A stretch of DNA of 64,000 nucleotides from the IMG/VR virus record IMGVR_UViG_3300009502_001749, positions 1 through 64,000 of that record; one strand, 5' to 3'. Position numbers and translations under genes: made by a program. The notes beneath the pieces were generated by a model. That model ran no database searches, was not told the DNA's origin, and saw only the letters and a list, made by a program, of their open reading frames with translations. Below, piece after piece: positions 60,649-64,000 of this stretch; positions within the stretch are counted from its first letter, which is position 1, and each line of letters opens with the position of its first letter. The DNA comes from a virus.

Positions 60649-61632
60649 TTAGTTAATAACTAACTTTGTCTCTTTTACTGGTGACAGTAATTGAAAAAAT
60701 CCGGTGAATTCAGGGAACATCCTAGTAATAGGACAATCCTGAGCCAAGCTTTAAATCTTGCCGCTAACAAGATTTATTGAAGGTGCAACGACTATCCCGA
60801 AAGGGAGTACACTCAAGCGAGTGGAAGCGCCGGACATCTTGAGAAATTTAATATTATGGAGTTATTAAAATGTTTAATGAAATGAATTACCCAGAAAAAT
60901 ATATTATAAGATTTTGGGACAAAGTAAATGTTCCAAAAGATTGGGCTGAAAAAGATCAATGTTGGAAATGGAATGGACTTTTATTTATAAAAACTAATTA
61001 TGGAAGTTTTTCTTTTAATGGTAAAAATCTTAAAGCTCACAGATTCTCATATGAAATTCATTATGGTCCAATTCCTGAAGGATTAGATGTTATGCACAAA
61101 TGTGATAATCGAAAATGTGTAAATCCAAATCATTTAAAAGTTGGTTCCAGAAAAGAAAATATGGAAGATTGTGTTGAAAAAGGAAGATCAAAATTTGGTT
61201 CTAAAAATAATATGTCTAAGTTAACAGAAAATAATATTATAGATATTATTAATAAAAGTTTAAATGGAACATATACAAATAGAAATCAAGTTATTAATGA
61301 TTATAAAATATCATTATCAGAACTTTCAAATATTCTTTGTGGAAAAAGATGGACACATATAACTTCTAATTTTACACAACAAGAAATTGAAAAAGTAAAA
61401 TATTTATTAGGATGTAGGTTATCAATAGAAGATATTGCTGATATAAAAATGAGATTAGATAAAGGTGAATCACAAAGTTCAATAGCTAGAAGTTATAATA
61501 TATCTCAACCGGTAATATCAAATATGATAAAATTTATAAAACTCAAGATGATGAGATAGTCTAATCTTATAGGTAACTATAAGCAGTCTAATAAGACGGG
61601 TAGGGAGTAGCGATCTCTATTGAATAAAAATG
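60649..61632 (+). mobile_element. Group I intron (984 nt) with HNH gene in P8, in dnaB
   Basis: Core nearly identical to the terL intron; P1 AGAT/GTCT; terminal G 61632; splicing gives TLED-DIYKLIRRF. Confidence 0.9.
60870..61559 (+). CDS. Intron-encoded HNH homing endonuclease
   Basis: CWKW..YG..AHR..HKCDNRKCVNPNHL..G...EN; HTH-like C-terminus. Confidence 0.9.
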   Translation: MFNEMNYPEKYIIRFWDKVNVPKDWAEKDQCWKWNGLLFIKTNYGSFSFNGKNLKAHRFSYEIHYGPIPEGLDVMHKCDNRKCVNPNHLKVGSRKENMEDCVEKGRSKFGSKNNMSKLTENNIIDIINKSLNGTYTNRNQVINDYKISLSELSNILCGKRWTHITSNFTQQEIEKVKYLLGCRLSIEDIADIKMRLDKGESQSSIARSYNISQPVISNMIKFIKLKMMR

Positions 61633-62613
61633 GATATTTACAAATTAATTCGTAGGTTCGCGTCAATATATGGAAATTATAAATTTGAATCTTTAAAAAG
61701 ATTATTTTCAAAATCATATGAAATGACAAGAGCAACACAAATAATGGACATGTCAACTGAAGCAAGTTCAAGATTGTATAATAATTTAGACGGGATGTTT
61801 AAAAATGTTTTAAAAACAAGTATTGCTAAAGTAACACAAGGTAAAGTTAATATAGCAATTAAACATTGTTCAGAGAATTCGTTTTCTCCTGGTGATTTAG
61901 GAAGATTTATAGATCGTTTGAATATTGAAGGTTATAAGATTAAGATGGTCTTTGTAGATTACTTAGATGTTATGTCTGCGACAATTAACAGATTTGGTGG
62001 AGCAGGGAAAGAATATGATATACTCGGTCAGATCACACAAGAACTTCGTAACTTAGCTCGTATACATAAAGTACCAATAATAAGTCCTACACAGAATAGA
62101 AGAGAGTCAGAGAATGTAAGCACAAAACTAAGTAATGAACAAACTGGTGATTCATATAAAAAAATCAGATATTCGGATTTTATATATTCATGTAGATTAA
62201 GACCAGATTTAGATTTTCTATCTGAAGGAGTTAGACATCATGTGATTCCAACAAAAGTAAGTCCAGATGGAACAATTGCAGATTTTATTTCTCCAGAACT
62301 TATAAAACTTAAAGAAAGCTTATTTAGAGTATTAGTACCTTTTGAAGTTAAAATTACAAAGTCAAAAGATTCAGAAAAAGATTCAACAAAATTTTTCTTA
62401 TTTTGTAAAGAAAATTTGAGAATGTATAATAATGTAGATGAATATATTAAAGATGCTCCTGTTCTTGTTGCTAATAGTGAAAAGTTAGAGAAAGATATTG
62501 CTATATTAACTGAATTAGCTATTACAAGTGTTTCAAGTGGAATTAATGAATTTTTTGATAATGATCAGAGTGATATTGAATTTGGTGATATTCCAAATGT
62601 TGTTTTTGGATAA
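61633..62613 (+). CDS. dnaB: DnaB-like replicative helicase, exon 2 (spliced product 625 aa)
   Basis: VFVDYLD, ELRNLA....VPIISPTQNRR, GDSYKK..SD, ITKSK. Confidence 0.85.
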   Translation, partial: DIYKLIRRFASIYGNYKFESLKRLFSKSYEMTRATQIMDMSTEASSRLYNNLDGMFKNVLKTSIAKVTQGKVNIAIKHCSENSFSPGDLGRFIDRLNIEGYKIKMVFVDYLDVMSATINRFGGAGKEYDILGQITQELRNLARIHKVPIISPTQNRRESENVSTKLSNEQTGDSYKKIRYSDFIYSCRLRPDLDFLSEGVRHHVIPTKVSPDGTIADFISPELIKLKESLFRVLVPFEVKITKSKDSEKDSTKFFLFCKENLRMYNNVDEYIKDAPVLVANSEKLEKDIAILTELAITSVSSGINEFFDNDQSDIEFGDIPNVVFG

Positions 62614-62658
62614 TGGAGATTAATATGAAAAAAGATCCAACAGAAGATTAATATTTTA

Positions 62659-62691
62659 ATCGGCAAGATTTAGAAATAAGATCTTGCCGAT
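62659..62691. repeat. Conserved intergenic palindrome, copy 6
   Basis: ATCGGCAAGAT-TTAGAAATAAG-ATCTTGCCGAT. Confidence 0.9.
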
Positions 62692-62721
62692 ATTTTAAAC
62701 TAATAGGGGGAAACTGATAAA

Positions 62722-62961
62722 ATGGATTTAGTGGATAATCCAACTAATTGTAATCAACTTGAAAGTAATTCTGCTCAAAATTTTAGAAATTTTTATTGTT
62801 GTGAATATGATAATTGCCTCGATAAAGCTATTGAAAATAATTGGAGAAGTTTTAGTTGTCAAGATTGTTGGAAATTTTCTTATAAAGAATCTATGAAAAA
62901 ATTATATTTATTATCATCATTTTTATTATTAATTAAAAATAGATATGGATTAATAGTTTAA
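62722..62961 (+). CDS. Small Cys-rich protein
   Basis: C.EYDNCLD.A....W.SFSC..C. Confidence 0.5.
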   Translation: MDLVDNPTNCNQLESNSAQNFRNFYCCEYDNCLDKAIENNWRSFSCQDCWKFSYKESMKKLYLLSSFLLLIKNRYGLIV

Positions 62962-63120
62962 TTTTTAAAAAGTTGAAACCCTTTTAACAAATACATGAAA
63001 ATAGTCTACATATAATGAAAAATGTAATGGGGTAACTATATTAATAACCGGAAAAGTATTAACAAAATGTTGTGAATCAATAGTGATTCAACAAAAAATT
63101 AATTTAATGGAGGTTTTTAC

Positions 63121-63369
63121 ATGTTAAGAGAGTTTATACAGTTGGTAGACGAAGCAGTCGATGAGGGTTATGATCGCGGACTTAATCTTTTTATGGAAAG
63201 TCTTGAAGAGGATCTTACTAAGAATGAAGTCATTGCTGAAAGTGGTGGTTTTGACAAGGTAATTTCTGAGATGATGACTGCAGATGGTATCGAACTTCTG
63301 AATGAGGAAGAAATTAGTGAAGATCAGATCGATGCCCTTTTAAAAGAATTAGAGAAAGAGGAGAAATAA
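63121..63369 (+). CDS. Small acidic prohead core/scaffold-like protein
   Basis: VDE, FME, IAE, ISE, LNE sites; GGAGG RBS. Confidence 0.45.
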   Translation: MLREFIQLVDEAVDEGYDRGLNLFMESLEEDLTKNEVIAESGGFDKVISEMMTADGIELLNEEEISEDQIDALLKELEKEEK

Positions 63370-63750
63370 TTGTATAATATTTTTGCAATATGCTTATCAT
63401 TAATTGAAATAGGAGTTTTGTTATTAATTTTATTAAAATTTGATAAAGAAAGAATTCATGAAGATGAATTTGTAATTTCTAACACAGTTTTAAATAATGT
63501 TATGAATAATTATTATGAATCAATTCTTGTTTTTAAAATTGAAGAATTGAAGAAAAATTATGACTTAGATCCGAGTTCAAAAACGAATTCAATTAAGCCA
63601 TTTACAGAAAATTATAATATAATGCTTAAAGATTGTTCTAAAGAAATTATAACTTCTTATTTATCAAAAAATTGTTTAAGTGTATTGTTGAAATATTATA
63701 GCGTTGAGAGTCTTGTTTTAATTATAATATCAAATTTGAAGAAAAGGTAA
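63370..63750 (+). CDS. Hypothetical protein with N-terminal transmembrane helix
   Basis: IFAICLSLIEIGVLLLILL. Confidence 0.5.
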   Translation: MYNIFAICLSLIEIGVLLLILLKFDKERIHEDEFVISNTVLNNVMNNYYESILVFKIEELKKNYDLDPSSKTNSIKPFTENYNIMLKDCSKEIITSYLSKNCLSVLLKYYSVESLVLIIISNLKKR

Positions 63751-63753
63751 TTT

Positions 63754-64000
63754 ATGTCATTATTTGGCCAGTTTTTTAAAGATGATTCACTTGAAAATTT
63801 TGATGCTAGAATAGATTCACTTGTTAGTCAATTTCCTTCTACTGAAAAAGGAGAACCAGTTGATTTGTTATCTGGAGATTTTATTTCATCGTTTATGGAA
63901 CATTCATCTAAAGATGAACTTGAAAAAGTACTTGCAGGAATATCTGTTTCTAGAGATAGACTTGAAAGATATGCTGTTTATGATGAAGCATATAAATATG
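63754..64000 (+). CDS. Truncated ORF, possibly portal protein N-terminus
   Basis: Open to the window end; RDRLERYAVYDEA resembles the R..RY..YD helix of large-phage portals. Confidence 0.35.
   Translation, partial: MSLFGQFFKDDSLENFDARIDSLVSQFPSTEKGEPVDLLSGDFISSFMEHSSKDELEKVLAGISVSRDRLERYAVYDEAYKY

Noticed and set aside
33038-61632. Inteins or group II introns as the cause of the split genes
   Set aside because: In-frame stops are present, there is no reverse transcriptase or intein motif, and group I P/Q/R/S elements with a terminal G are clear
4762-61771. Short ORF-track entries nested in or antisense to long genes (e.g. 4762, 4947, 6897, 10148, 15756, 18354, 26059, 31743, 33213, 48385, 55306, 55563, 57214, 61577)
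   Set aside because: No RBS or motifs; they overlap better-supported genes or intron cores
9512-62691. Palindromes as a CRISPR array, with the Cas4-like gene as a cas gene
   Set aside because: Copies are dispersed kilobases apart with no spacers; no cas1/cas2; solo Cas4-like nucleases are common in phages
1-64000. tRNA, rRNA or diversity-generating retroelement
   Set aside because: No cloverleaf/T-loop signatures, rRNA-like segment, reverse transcriptase or adenine-variable repeat pair seen by eye

Overview
AT-rich, gene-dense segment of a large T4-like/jumbo myophage, with almost all genes on the + strand and strong GGAG(G) ribosome-binding sites. It encodes a T4-gp17-type terminase, a DnaB-type helicase and a RecA/UvsX-type recombinase, each split by a group I intron whose splice sites can be placed from P1 (and P10) pairing. 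The terminase and helicase introns have near-identical ribozyme cores but different guide sequences and different HNH genes. Also present: baseplate, tail and tape-measure (SLT domain) genes; a glycosylation module (GT4 + methyltransferase + Aah/TibC-type heptosyltransferase fusion, nucleotidyltransferase) beside Ser-Gly-Thr repeat fibre proteins; a pyruvoyl arginine decarboxylase; a MoxR/vWA pair; and several nucleases. Two things stand out. (1) About 20 otherwise unrelated small proteins share a short N-terminal leader, M-[IL]-S-[IV]-x-x-L-F-E or M-[IVL]-S-I-x(1,2)-E. It resembles a capsid-targeting/prohead-protease signal and tags cargo including glycine-zipper membrane proteins, a J-domain, an HD-like and a SLOG-like protein. 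(2) The octamer TCTTGCCG is strongly over-represented and strand-biased inside genes, and also forms a conserved intergenic palindrome six times. All calls come from motif reading only; no database search was possible.
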